Shown piece by piece: positions 10,094 through 21,002 of a DNA stretch of 64,000 bases. The position numbers and the translations under genes were made by a program. Under the pieces are notes generated by a model. That model had not been told where the DNA came from, searched no databases, and saw nothing but the letters and a program-made list of their open reading frames with translations. Location of the stretch: positions 39,157-103,156 of the forward strand of contig CAVRJZ010000012.1 of the NCBI GenBank assembly GCA_963721665.1, in the 5' to 3' direction. Numbering within the stretch: position 1 is the first letter of the stretch; every line of letters starts with the position of its first letter. The stretch comes from an uncultured Alphaproteobacteria bacterium (GTDB lineage: Bacteria; Pseudomonadota; Alphaproteobacteria; Rhizobiales; Xanthobacteraceae).

Positions 10094-11748
10094 TCACATA
10101 TTCGGATAATTCGGCCCGCCGCCGCCTTCCGGCGGAACCCAGGTGATGTTCTGATTCGGGTCCTTGATGTCGCAGGTTTTGCAGTGGACGCAATTCTGCG
10201 CGTTGATGACGAATTTGGGCGCGCCCGCCCTCCTCGACCCACTCATAGACCCCGGCCGGGCAATAGCGCGACGACGGTCCGGCATAGACGTCGTGTTCGG
10301 AACTCTTCTGCAGGCTCATGTCCTTGACGTGCAGATGCACCGGCTGGTCTTCCTCGTGATTGGTGTTGGACAGAGAAACCGAGGAAAGCCGGTCGAAAGT
10401 GAGCTTGCCGTCGGGCTTGGGATAGGCGATCGGCATGCATTCGGCCGCCGGCTTGAGCGTAGCGTAGTCCGGCTTGCCGTGTTTGACGGTGCCGAACAGC
10501 GAGAAGCCGAAGGTCTTGGTCCACATGTCGAAGCCGCCGAGCGCGATGCCGACAAAGGTGCCGAGTTTCGACCATAGCGGCTTGGCGTTGCGCACCTTCC
10601 ACAGGTCCTTGCCGATCGCCGAGCCGCGCCAGCCGGCGTCGTAGTCGGCGAGTTCGTCGTGCGCGCGGCCGGCGCCGAGCGCGGCGGCCACGGCTTCGGC
10701 GGCCAGCATGCCCGACAGCATGGCATTATGGCTGCCCTTGATGCGCGGCACGTTCATGAAGCCGGCATCGCAGCCGATCAGCGCACCGCCGGGGAACGTG
10801 AGCTTGGGCACCGACTGATAGCCGCCCTCGGTCAGCGCGCGCGCGCCATAGGCGAGCCGCTTTGCCCCATCGAAAGTGTCGCGCACCAGTTTGATGGGTC
10901 TTGAAGCGCTGGAATTCCTCGAACGGCGACAAATAAGGATTGCGTGTAATTGAGATGCAGCACGAAGCCGACCGACACCAGATTGTCGTCGAAGTGATAC
11001 ATGAACGAGCCACCGCCGGTGTGGCCGTCGAGCGGCCAGCCGAACGAATGCTGCACCATGCCCTTGCGGTGCTTTTCCGGCGCGACCTGCCAGAGTTCCT
11101 TGAGGCCGAGTCCGAATTTCTGCGGCTCGCGCCCTTCGCTCGAGGCCGAACTTAGCGATCAGCTGCTTGCCGAGACTGCCGCGCGCGCCTTCGCCGAACA
11201 GCGTGTATTTGGCGCGCAATTCCATGCCGCGCGTGAACGAGTCCTTGGGCTCGCCGTTCTTGCCGACGCCCATGTCGCCGGTGGCGATGCCGGCGACCGC
11301 GCCGTTTTCGTCGAACAGCACTTCCGCCGCGGCAAAGCCCGGATAGATCTCGACGCCAAGCGCTTCCGCTTTGGTCGCGAGCCAGCGGCACACGCTGCCG
11401 AGCGAGACGATGAAATTGCCGTGGTTGTTCATCAGCGGCGGCATCGCGATATTCGGCAGCCGCAGCGCGCCGTTTTGCGGAAAGCCAGTAGAAGCGATCG
11501 TCGCTCACCGCGGTCTTGATCGGCGTGTCCTCGGTGCGCCATTCCGGCAGCAGTTTGTCGATGCCGACCGGATCGATCACCGCGCCGGACAGGATATGAG
11601 CGCCGACCTCGGAGCCCTTTTCCACGATCACCACGGAAATATCGGGGTTGATCTGCTTGAGGCGGATGGCGGCGGAAAGTCCGGCGGGACCTGCGCCGAC
11701 TATCACCACGTCGAATTCCATCGCCTCGCGGGCGGGTAGCTCAGCCAT
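10094..11748 (-). CDS. electron transfer flavoprotein-ubiquinone oxidoreductase, frameshifted
   Basis: [58 protein letters not shown]. Confidence 0.95.
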
Positions 11749-11824
11749 GACGGCCTCCTCGCTCCCGATATTCCACTTTTGCACAGCCGGGGCAATCGCC
11801 GGCCTGTCATGCTAGAGTGGGCCG

Positions 11825-12634
11825 ATGCCGCAGCCCCTCGCGAATACCGCCCGCGACCTGCTCGACTTTTATGTCGAGGCGGGCGCCGACGCGGTGCTCG
11901 GCGAAACGCCCGTCAACCGCTTTGCCGCGCACGAACCGGCGGCAACGCCGGAGCGGCCGCCGCGGCCGGTCGAATTACCGCTCGATCTCGAAACCAAGGG
12001 CCGCGCTGTGCCGGTTGCACCGCCGGCGCCCGACGAGGCCGCCATGGCCGCACGCGCGGCGGCGAAAACCGCCAAAACGCTCGATGAGCTGCGCGCCATT
12101 CTGGAGAAATTCGACGGCTGCGCTTTAAAGGCGACGGCCACCCAACTGGTTTTCGCCGACGGCAACCCGCAGGCGCGCGTGATGTTCGTCGGCGAAGCGC
12201 CCGGCCGCGACGAGGACATCGAGGGCCTGCCCTTTGTCGGCCGCTCCGGCAAACTGCTCGACCGCATGCTGGCGGCAATCGGCCTCGACCGCACATCGGT
12301 CTATATCGCCAACATCGTGCCCTGGCGGCCACCCGGCAACCGCACGCCGACTCCGCAGGAGTCGGCAATCTGCCTGCCGTTCATTTTGCGCCAGATCGAA
12401 CTCGCCGATCCCGACATTTTGGTCTGCCTCGGCAATCCGTCGGCGCAGACTCTGCTCGGCCTCAAGGAGGGCATCACCAAGACGCGCGGTCGCTGGTTCA
12501 CCTTCGACACGGGCAAGCGCGAAATCCGCGCCATGCCGACGTTCCACCCGGCCTTCCTCTTGCGCAGCCCGTTGCAGAAGCGTTTCGCCTGGCGCGATTT
12601 CCTGGCGATCAAGAAGGCACTCGACGGCCGTTAA
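11825..12634 (+). CDS. uracil-DNA glycosylase, family 4
   Basis: [39 protein letters not shown]. Confidence 0.95.
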   Translation: MPQPLANTARDLLDFYVEAGADAVLGETPVNRFAAHEPAATPERPPRPVELPLDLETKGRAVPVAPPAPDEAAMAARAAAKTAKTLDELRAILEKFDGCALKATATQLVFADGNPQARVMFVGEAPGRDEDIEGLPFVGRSGKLLDRMLAAIGLDRTSVYIANIVPWRPPGNRTPTPQESAICLPFILRQIELADPDILVCLGNPSAQTLLGLKEGITKTRGRWFTFDTGKREIRAMPTFHPAFLLRSPLQKRFAWRDFLAIKKALDGR

Positions 12635-12682
12635 ATAGCCATCTGTCTGTGCTGCAAGCGTTTCTTGGCAACGGAGCGCAGG

Positions 12683-13087
12683 ATGCGACGGCTATTTGCT
12701 ACAATTTTGGCACTCGGATGGTGGACCGCCGGCGTAGCTCTGGCGCAGCAGCCCGCCACGCCAACGTCCCCCTTTGCTCCAATCGAGACCCCCACCGTCA
12801 ATCCTGAGATGTTCAAAACGCCGCAAGCGCCACCGAGCGCCGACGCCCCTAAAATCAAACCCGATAAATCCGCCGATGCCGCACCGGCTATTGCAATTCC
12901 AAACGGCATCGATCTCGGGAAATCCAAACTGCAATTCGACGCCAAGCACACCAGCGCCGTCACCGCTCCCGGCGTCAGCACGGACAGCGGCGAGACGTCG
13001 AACCTGTCAAAAGTGATGCCCGGCGAGACACAAGACAAGGTGCTGCCGGATTATTTCGGCTTCAAGCTCATCACACCGGTACGGTAG
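12683..13087 (+). CDS. secreted Pro-rich hypothetical protein
   Basis: Signal peptide MRRLFATILALGWWTAGVALA, Pro-rich linker, C-terminal beta-strand-like YFGFKLITPV. Confidence 0.7.
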   Translation: MRRLFATILALGWWTAGVALAQQPATPTSPFAPIETPTVNPEMFKTPQAPPSADAPKIKPDKSADAAPAIAIPNGIDLGKSKLQFDAKHTSAVTAPGVSTDSGETSNLSKVMPGETQDKVLPDYFGFKLITPVR

Positions 13088-13101
13088 CTTTTTATGCGCC
13101 A

Positions 13102-13373
13102 CTAGCGATAGGCGACCAGCACCGCGCCAACCGCGATCAGCGCGATACCCAGCCAATTCGGCAGGTCAGCTTCTCGCCGAGAAACATCGCGCCGAATATC
13201 GCCACCAGCGCCACCGACAATTTGTCGATCGGCGCGACCTTGGCCGCCTCACCGATCTTGAGCGCGCGAAAGTAACTGACATTCTCGATGCCGACCTTGG
13301 CGAAGATCGCGGTGAGCGCGGCGAATACCGCCGACGGCACCGCTCAGGTTTGCCATGTTGAGGCCGCGTTCAC
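13102..13373 (-). pseudogene. EamA/DMT family transporter pseudogene
   Basis: GTG overlapping the NCS2 stop; WQT*AVPSAVFAALTAIFAKVGIENVS joined directly to YFRALKIG..VAPIDKLSV; in-frame TGA at 13344-13346, large internal deletion near 13275, indel near 13160. Confidence 0.8.
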
Positions 13374-14722
13374 CCGGAAACCGCGAACTTGATGGCGAAC
13401 AGCACCGCCAGCACCATGACCGCGGGCGAGGCTTCCTTCACCTTGCCGGAAATCAGCTTGGCCAGCGTATATGTGATGAAGCCAAGGCCGATCCCGGTGG
13501 CGATCGAATAGGTCAGCGGCATGGTGATCGCCGTTACCACCGCCGGCGCGTATTCGGTGATGTCCTCCCAGTCGATTTCAGAGAGGCCGCGCGCCATCAC
13601 GCAGGCGACGTACAAGAGCGCCGCCGAGGTGGCATAGGCCGGCACCATGCCGGCGAGCGGGGCAAACAGCAGCGCCAGCAGGAAGAAGATCGACACGAAT
13701 GCCGCGGTCAGGCCGGTGCGGCCGCCGGCCGAAACGCCGGCCGCGCTTTCGATGTAGCTCGTCGTGGTCGAGGTGCCGATCACCGAACCGAACATGGCGG
13801 CAAAACTGTCGGAGATTAGCGCCTCTTTCATGCGCGCGAGTTTGCCGTTCTTCATCAGCCCGGTGCGGTGGGTGACGCCGATCAGCGTGCCGGCATTGTC
13901 GAACACGTCGATGAACAAAATCGAGAAGATCACGATCAGGAAGGTGCCCTCGAACACGCGCGAGAAGTCGAGCTTGAACAAAGTCGGCGCGATCGAGGGC
14001 GGCAGCGATACGATGCCGGAGTAATGCGCGAGGCCGAACGGCAAGCCGATGGCGGTGACGACCAATATGCCGATCAGCGTGCCGCCGATGATGCGGCGGT
14101 AGTTGAGCGCAACAATCAGCACGAAGCCGAGCAGCGCCAAGAACGCCACCGGATTCTTCAGATCGCCGAGCGTGACCAATGTCGCCGGATTTGCCACCAC
14201 GACATGGGCTTCCTCCAGCGCGATGATGCCGAGGAACAACCCGACGCCGGCCGATGTGGCGAGCTTGAGGTTTTGCGGGATCGATTCGATCACGTATTGC
14301 CGGATGCGGAACACCGAAATCAGAAAGAACAGCACGCCCGAGCAGAACACCGCGGCGAGCGCCTGCTGCCAGGTATATTTGTAGGCCAGCACCACGGTGA
14401 AGGCGAAGAAGGCGTTGATGCCCATGCCGGGGGCGAGCGCGATCGGGTAATTGGCGTAGAGTGCCATCACCATCGTGCTCACCGCGGCGGCGATGCAAGT
14501 TGCGACGAACACCGCGCCCTGGTCCATCCCGGCCTTGCTCAGAATCGCCGGGTTGACGAACACGATGTAGACCATGGTGAGGAAGGTGGTCAGCCCGGCG
14601 ATGAATTCGGTGCGGACGTCGGTGCCCTGCTCCTTGAGCCCGAAATAATTTTCCAGCAATGCGGCGAATTGGTTTTCACTTTTCGCCGCTTTCGTTTCCG
14701 TGCGCTTCGCCTGTTTCGCCAT
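13370..14722 (-). CDS. NCS2/AzgA family purine permease
   Basis: AGLTTFLTMVYIVFVNP, LAPGMGINAFF, TTSYIESAAGV..GGRTGLTA; intact. Confidence 0.95.
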   Translation of the reverse strand: MAKQAKRTETKAAKSENQFAALLENYFGLKEQGTDVRTEFIAGLTTFLTMVYIVFVNPAILSKAGMDQGAVFVATCIAAAVSTMVMALYANYPIALAPGMGINAFFAFTVVLAYKYTWQQALAAVFCSGVLFFLISVFRIRQYVIESIPQNLKLATSAGVGLFLGIIALEEAHVVVANPATLVTLGDLKNPVAFLALLGFVLIVALNYRRIIGGTLIGILVVTAIGLPFGLAHYSGIVSLPPSIAPTLFKLDFSRVFEGTFLIVIFSILFIDVFDNAGTLIGVTHRTGLMKNGKLARMKEALISDSFAAMFGSVIGTSTTTSYIESAAGVSAGGRTGLTAAFVSIFFLLALLFAPLAGMVPAYATSAALLYVACVMARGLSEIDWEDITEYAPAVVTAITMPLTYSIATGIGLGFITYTLAKLISGKVKEASPAVMVLAVLFAIKFAVSG

Positions 14723-14815
14723 GGTGATCCCCTCCGGCCGGCTGCCTCAACCGGCAAGCCTAGCCCGGGCGCACGCCGAGCGCAGGGCGCAACGATGGAA
14801 GCTGTGGATAGCGTC

Positions 14816-16329
14816 TTATGGCGCCGGCGGCCGCACCACGGCCCAGCCGAGCCGGATCAGCGGCAGCAGGCCCTGCATGGTGCGCGGAAACGAGCGCGGC
14901 ACTTCCGCCACCATGGCGGGAAACTGCGCCTTAAGGTCGGCCGGCGGCGCGCCGGTATTGTCGACGGCCGGCCAGACCAGCAAGCCGCCGTCGCGCGCGA
15001 AATCGGCCGGCGCTCGCCCATGGGCTGCGCTGCGGCGCCCAGTCGAAATAGACGTGCGGGCGGCTGGGCGCGCCGAGCGCGATCAGCGGGGCGAGCCGCT
15101 CGTCGCCGGTGACGTAGGCAAGCGGCTTGCCGGTGCGGCGCTGGAAATTATCGGCAAAGAAGCGGCCTTCCGCATTGGCCGGCTGCGACACCTTGAGGTC
15201 GACGGTGAAGGTCCACGGCAGCAGCGCGAAGCCCGAGCACGATCAGCGCCGGCGGCGCCACCAAGAGGCCGAGCCAGGTCGAGGACACCATGCGCTCGCG
15301 GTAGAGCGAGCATGCGGTCGCCGGCGGCGACCACAACCGCGAGGCCGGAGAGCACCACCAGCGGCGCCACGCGGTCGAGCGGTCCGAGCCGGTCGGCTGG
15401 CAAAGACCACGGCGACCGCGGTTATGCGCCGGCGTCAGCGCGAAAAAATAGACGAAGGCGCGCGCCAGCGGCTCGATCGGATTGCGGTCGATCACCGGCG
15501 CGGCTTCGTCGCGGCGGCGCGGCCAGCCGCTGGCAAAGGCGACCAGCAGGCCGAGGCCGAGATGGCTCAGCACGAGCGCCACGCAGAGCCAGACGCCGGG
15601 CGGCATGCGCCGGCCGCGCGGCTTGTCGTCAAGCCCGGAGACGACAAGATCGCGCGCGCCCTTGAGCCACGCGAGATGCGGGAAAATGACGATGGCGAAG
15701 CGGCAGCAGCGCGAGCCATGGCTCGGGATGCGAGCAGCGATGCGCGGCCGCGCTCGCTGCGCCAGCGTGAAGACGATGAGCAGCGCGATCAGGATCAGCC
15801 CGACATAACTTGCGAGCAGCAAGCAGGCCGAGATCGAGCGCAAGCAGGAACCAGTAGCCGCGTTTGCCTTCGCCGACCGCGCGCCAATAGTGCAGCAGCG
15901 CCAGCGCCCAAAGCGGCGCCGCGAGCACCGCCGGGCCGAAATTCGGGCTCGGCACCGTGAAGGCGGCGATGCCGACCATCAAGCAGCACCGCGAGCACCG
16001 CGTGGCGCGTGCCGACGATGCTGCGGCCGAGCGTGAACACCGCCCAATAGGTGACGACGATGCAGGCTTGCGCCAGCGCGTAGAGCCCGAACGCGCCGGC
16101 GATGCGGAACGCGATCTCGCCCAGCCAGAAGGCGAGCGGCGGCCCGAGATAGCTGCCGAGCACGAATTCATGACCGATGGCGAGCAGCAACGGCACGTCG
16201 CCGGGCGGCGCGCTAGTAAAACAGCGCCGGCACCAGGGTCCACAGCGTGGCTTGCGTCAGCGCCACGGCCCAGAACACCACCGCCGGGCGGCCGCGCAGG
16301 AATTCAATGATCAGGGAGACGTAATGCAT
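14816..16329 (-). CDS. glycosyltransferase family 39 (ArnT/PMT-like) membrane protein, frameshifted
   Basis: MHYVSLIIEFLRGRP, GHEFVLGSYLGPPLAFWL, multiple TM segments across frames. Confidence 0.8.
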
Positions 16330-16387
16330 TGGCCCGGGCGGGATGAATTTAGCGGGGACGCCCCGGGGCACAGATAGAGAAGCCGCG

Positions 16388-17091
16388 CTAAAGAGGCAAC
16401 AACGCGGCGACGACCTCGTCGGAATCCGCGCCCAGCGCGGCGAGCTTGGCCGCCACCGGCGCGAAGGATCTGCGGTGATGGACGGTCGGCCCCAGGCGGG
16501 CGAGCGCCGCGAAATGCTCAGGCACGCAATAGCCCATGTGGCGCTCGAAGCCGTAGCCGGGATGCGCCAGGCCCAGCCGCACCATCAGCCGGTCGCGGGT
16601 GACCTTGGCGACGATCGAGGCCGCCGCGACCGACGCCACCAGCGCATCGCCCGAGACCACCGCCTGGCAGTCGCAGCCGCAACGTCGATTCTTTGATTGC
16701 CGTCGACGAAGACGAGCTTGGGCGCAACCGGCAGCGCCCTGACCGCGCGCGCCAGCGCCCACAGCGAGGCGCGCAGGATGTTGTCGCGGTCGATGCGCTC
16801 GACGGTGCCGAAGGCGACCGCGACCTGCGCCGTGGCGCAGATTTTCTCGTAGAGTTTCTCGCGCGCCGCGGCATCGAGCTTCTTGGAGTCGTTCAAGCCG
16901 CGCGGGATGCGTTGCGGATCGAGGATCACCGCCGCCGCCACCACCGGACCAGCGAGCGGCCCCCTGCCCGCCTCGTCGCAGCCGGCGACCGGGAATATCC
17001 CTTTGTTGAGCGCGCGGCGCTCGCGCCGGAAGGTCGGCCGCAAGATCGGCTCGTTGAGCGGCAGGCGCTGGGTGGCGGCTTTGCGGCGCAT
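16388..17091 (-). CDS. rnhB: ribonuclease HII, frameshifted
   Basis: [50 protein letters not shown]. Confidence 0.95.
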
Positions 17092-17161
17092 GGCCGCGCC
17101 AGAGTGCGCGGCAACACGGCCAAGTCAATGCGGGAGAAGATTGAGTGTGGACATTTGCTGG

Positions 17162-17254
17162 TGTCGTCCCGGGCGACCGAGCCAACGGGTCCGCGCGAAG
17201 CGCGGCCCTGCGGTTAGACTGGAGTTGTGGGTCCCCGCCTTCGCCGGGACGACA
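17162..17254. repeat. REP-like palindromic element (GTCGTCCC...GGGACGAC family)
   Basis: Terminal IR TGTCGTCCCGG/CCGGGACGACA, internal hairpin; right half matches 52381-52407. Confidence 0.8.
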
Positions 17255-17256
17255 AA

Positions 17257-18429
17257 TCAAAACAAACTCAACTGTTCCGTCGCCGGTTTGGGCTGGCGGA
17301 AATGCGCGGTCGAGAGCGTCGACTTGGCCGCGTTGAGCCCGAGCTTCTCGCAGGCCACCTCGAAGCGCCGGCCGATCATCCAGGCATAGGGCCCGGTGCC
17401 CTTCATGCGCTTGCCCCAGGTGGAGTCGTAATCCTTGCCGCCGCGCATGTCGCGGATCAGCTTGAAGACGTGTTCATCACGATGCGGGATAGTTCGCCGT
17501 CAGCCATTCGCGGAACAGGTCGCGCACTTCGAGCGGCAGCCGCAGCAGCACATAGCCCGCCTCCTTGACGCCGGCTGCCTCCGCCGCGTCGAGAATGCGC
17601 TCGATCTCCATGTCGTTGAGCGCCGGGATCACCGGCGCCACCATCACGCGTCGTCGGCACGCCGACCTGCGACGAGGCGCCGCAACGTCTCCAGCCGCCG
17701 CATCGGCGTCGCCGCGCGCGGCTCCATCTTGCGCGCCAGTTCCGGATCGAGCGTGGTCACCGACAGCGCGACTTTCGCTAGCTTGCGCTCGGCCATGCGG
17801 GCGAGAATGTCGAGATCGCGCAGCACCAGCGCCGACTTGGTGACGATGCCGACGGGATGGCCGGCGCGGTCGAGCACTTCGAGAATGCGGCGCATGACTT
17901 TGTAGCGCCGCTCGATCGGCTGATAGGGGTCGGTATTGGTGCCGATGGCGATCACCTTGGGCTCGTAGCCGGGCGCCGACAGTTCCTTTTCCAGGAGCTC
18001 GGCCGCTTCCGGCTTGACGAACAATTTGGATTCGAAATCGAGCCCGGGCGACAGGCCGAGATAGGCGTGCGTCGGGCGCGCGAAGCAATAGACGCAGCCG
18101 TGCTCGCAGCCGCGATAGGGATTGATCGAGCGGTCGAAGCCGATGTCGGGCGAATCGTTGCGGGTGATGATCTTGCGCGTTGCGTCGACCGTCACCTGCG
18201 TCTTGAACGGCGGCAATTCGTCGAGCGAGCGCCAGCCGTCGTCGAAGGCAATGCGCGCCAGCGGCTCGTAGCGGCCCGAGGCGTTGCTCTGCGCGCCGCG
18301 CCCGCGCCGGCGCTCGTGCTCGACAACCACGCCGAGCAGTTCGGTGGCGTCGTCGACATAGACGCCCGCCGGCGCGGAGGGCAGCTCCTTTTCCGGCGGG
18401 CGTCTCAGGGCTGAGCTTTGTCGAGCCAT
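17257..18429 (-). CDS. PA0069 family radical SAM protein (photoproduct lyase-like), frameshifted
   Basis: [19 protein letters not shown] (CxxxCxxC), [20 protein letters not shown]. Confidence 0.92.
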
Positions 18430-18454
18430 GGTCGCTAACCTAATAGCGGAATGT

Positions 18455-18469
18455 GAACATAACAAGAAC
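18455..18469 (-). promoter_or_regulatory. alphaproteobacterial LexA (SOS) box
   Basis: GAAC-ATAACAA-GAAC (GTTC-N7-GTTC on minus strand), 25 bp upstream of the radical SAM start. Confidence 0.8.
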
Positions 18470-18573
18470 ATTTTAAAAAGGCCCACAATTTGATCAATTT
18501 GGGCCCGATCTCGTAGGGCGATCGGCAAAATCCACATGATATGGTGCAACGCCATCTGCAAGAGCCGGGTTCC

Positions 18574-19155
18574 ATGCTGAGCGCGATCATCGCCACCCAC
18601 GAATCGGAACGCGCCTTGGTGCCGACGCTTGCGGCGCTGGTGCCGGGCGCGACCGCCGGTCTGCTCGGCGAGGTGATCGTGGCCGATGCCGGCTCGCGCG
18701 ACGCCACCGCCGAGGTCGCCGATATCGCCGGCTGCCGCTTCATCGCCTCCGACGCGAGCCGCTGGGCACGCGGCTCAAGGCTGCCGCCGCGACGACGCGT
18801 ACGCCGTGGCTGATGTTCCTGCGCGCCGGCTGCGTGCCCGAGCCGGGCTGGGTCGATGCCGCCGAGCGCTTCATGCAGGCGACCGACCGGCTCGACGGGG
18901 TTGGTCGCGCCGCGGTGTTCCGTCCGCCAGGCTTCGCCGACCTGCTGCGGCCGGGACTTGCCGAATTGATCGCGCTCGTGCGCGTCACGCTCGGCGGCGG
19001 CGCGCAGGCCCGAGCAGGGCCTGCTGATCGCGCGCCGGCACTACGACGCGCTCGGCGGCCATCCCGACGACGACGGCGCCGAGGCGGCGATGCTGCGCCA
19101 GATCGGCCGCCGGCGGCTCGCCATGCTGGCGAGCGGTGCGCGGCAGGCGCGTTAG
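18574..19155 (+). CDS. glycosyltransferase family 2-like protein, frameshifted
   Basis: MLSAIIATHESE, EVIVADAGSRDAT, WLMFLRAG, PEQGLLI. Confidence 0.8.
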
Positions 19156-19163
19156 CCAGATAC

Positions 19164-19176
19164 TTGACTTAGTCAA
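19164..19176. promoter_or_regulatory. palindromic operator overlapping the -35 box of the MarR-GNAT gene
   Basis: TTGAC-TTA-GTCAA perfect inverted repeat, 22 bp upstream of ATG. Confidence 0.65.
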
Positions 19177-19198
19177 CTAACTGTCCGATCCTGTCACC

Positions 19199-20138
19199 AT
19201 GCCCAATGCGCTCGAACAACGCACCGGCGCCGTGCGCCGCTTCAACCGCTTCTACACGCGGCAGATCGGCGTGCTGCGCAAGACCTACCTCGACAGCCCC
19301 TATTCGTTGGGCGAGATGCGCGTGCTCTACGAGATCGCACATGGCGAGCGCGCCGACCGCGAGCGACATCGGCCGCGCGCTCGATCTCGACGCCGGCTAT
19401 CTGTGCCGCGTGCTGCGCAAATTCGAGAAGCGCGGTCTGATCACGCGCAAGACCTCGCGACGCGACGCGCGGCAAAGCCATCTCGCGCTGACCGCGCGCG
19501 GGCGCCAGGCCTTCGCGCCGGTCGAGAAGCGCTCGCAGCGCGATGTCGGCGACATGCTCGGCAAGCTCAAGCCCGACGAGCAGGCGCAGCTGGTGGCTGC
19601 CATGCAGACCATCGAAACGCTGCTCGACAAGAAACCCGACGCAGACAAAGCAAAACCCGCTTACATGCTGCGCGCGCCACGGCACGGCGATTTCGGCTGG
19701 ATCGTTTCCCGCCACGCCGCAGCTCTATGCGCAGGAATACGGCTGGGGCGAGCCGTTCGAGGGCCTGTGCGCGCAGATCGTCGCCGATTTCGTCAACAAC
19801 TTCGATGCCAAGCGCGAACGCTGCTGGATCGCCGAGATGGACGGCGAGAACGTCGGCTGCGTCATGCTGGTGAAGGACTCGGACGAGGTGGCGCGGCTGC
19901 GCCTGCTGCTGGTCGACCCGAAGGCGCGCGGCTTAGGGCTCGGCCAGCGGCTGGTCGACGAATGCGTCGCCTTCGCGCGCGCAGGCCGGCTACAAGAAGA
20001 TGACGCTGTGGACGCACAGCATTCTCGTCGCCGCGCGCCACATTTACGAGAAGGCCGGCTTCACGCTCACCTCCAGCGAGAAGAAAGCATAGCTGGGGCA
20101 AGGACGTGGTGGCCGAATATTGGGATTTGGAATTGTAG
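19199..20138 (+). CDS. bifunctional MarR-type HTH regulator/GNAT acetyltransferase, frameshifted
   Basis: [40 protein letters not shown]. Confidence 0.9.
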
Positions 20139-20204
20139 ATTGAGGGCCGTCTCCGCCGGCGAACGTGTTATGGTAGGTTGTGAAAAAATTACCGGGGGAT
20201 TGGC

Positions 20205-20297
20205 ATGCAAACGCTGCTCATCGGGCTCTGCATTTATGCGGGCATATGGATTATCGTTTTGTGGGGCGCCCGATATTTCGGTCCGCGCGACGCCTAA
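20205..20297 (+). CDS. small single-TM membrane protein, 30 aa (MQTLLIGLCIYAGIWIIVLWGARYFGPRDA)
   Basis: GGGGGA RBS, hydrophobic core, fills the gap between two convergent genes. Confidence 0.55.
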   Translation: MQTLLIGLCIYAGIWIIVLWGARYFGPRDA

Positions 20298-20316
20298 GGG
20301 CGGAGACGTCAACCCT

Positions 20317-20881
20317 TTACGCGGTCGCGCCTTTAGCCTTGCCCCGCCGTAGGTGCTCGTCCAGCCGCGGCAAGATCTCGACGAAATTGCACGGCCGGTA
20401 GCGGTAATCGAGCTGGTGCACCAGGATCTCGTCCCAGGCGTCCTTGCAGGCGCCGGGCGAGCCAGGCAGGCAGAACACATACGTCGCGTTGGCGACGCCG
20501 GCGGTGGCGCGCGTCTGGATCGCCGAGGTGCCGATCTTCTTCTCGCTCACCAATAGGAACATGGTGGAGAAGCCGTCCATCTTCTTCTCGAACAGCGGCT
20601 CCACCGCCTCCGGCGTCACGTCGCGGCCGGTAAAGCCGGTGCCGCCGGTGGTGATCACCACGTCGATGAACTTGTCGTCGATCCAGGCCTTCACGCGCTG
20701 GCGGATGGCGCGCACGTCGTCTTTGACGATCGAGCGTTCGGCGAGCGACATGACCGGCGGCGCGGATGCGCTCGACCAATGTGTTGCCGGACTTGTCGTC
20801 GGCGAGTTCGCGGGTGTCGGACACGGTCAGCACCGCGATCTTCAGCGGCACGAATTGTCTGGTTTCGTCGATGCCGGGCAT
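20317..20881 (-). CDS. moaB: molybdenum cofactor biosynthesis protein B, frameshifted
   Basis: IAVLTVSDTR, ITTGGTGFTGRDVTPEA, LPGSPGAC. Confidence 0.93.
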
Positions 20882-20894
20882 GTTCTCATCCTAC

Positions 20895-21000
20895 GTCATT
20901 CCGGGGCGCGAGCGAAGCGAGCGAACCCGGAATCCAGAAACGTCCGCTTTGCCAGCATGTGGATTCCGGGTCCGGCGCTTGCGCGCCGTCCCGGAATGAC
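20895..21000. repeat. REP/REPIN-like palindromic element (GTCATTCCGGG...CCCGGAATGAC family)
   Basis: Terminal IR plus inner CCGGAATCCA/TGGATTCCGG IR; second copy at 58136-58238. Confidence 0.9.
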
Positions 21001-21002
21001 AA

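Noticed and set aside
13868-15112. Long antisense ORFs (also 28790-30307, 46465-47583 and the extension of 53030-54376)
   Set aside because: Shadow frames of real genes caused by GC3 bias
18532-18547. NrdR-box-like CCACATGATATGGTGC
   Set aside because: Single imperfect copy with no ribonucleotide reductase gene nearby
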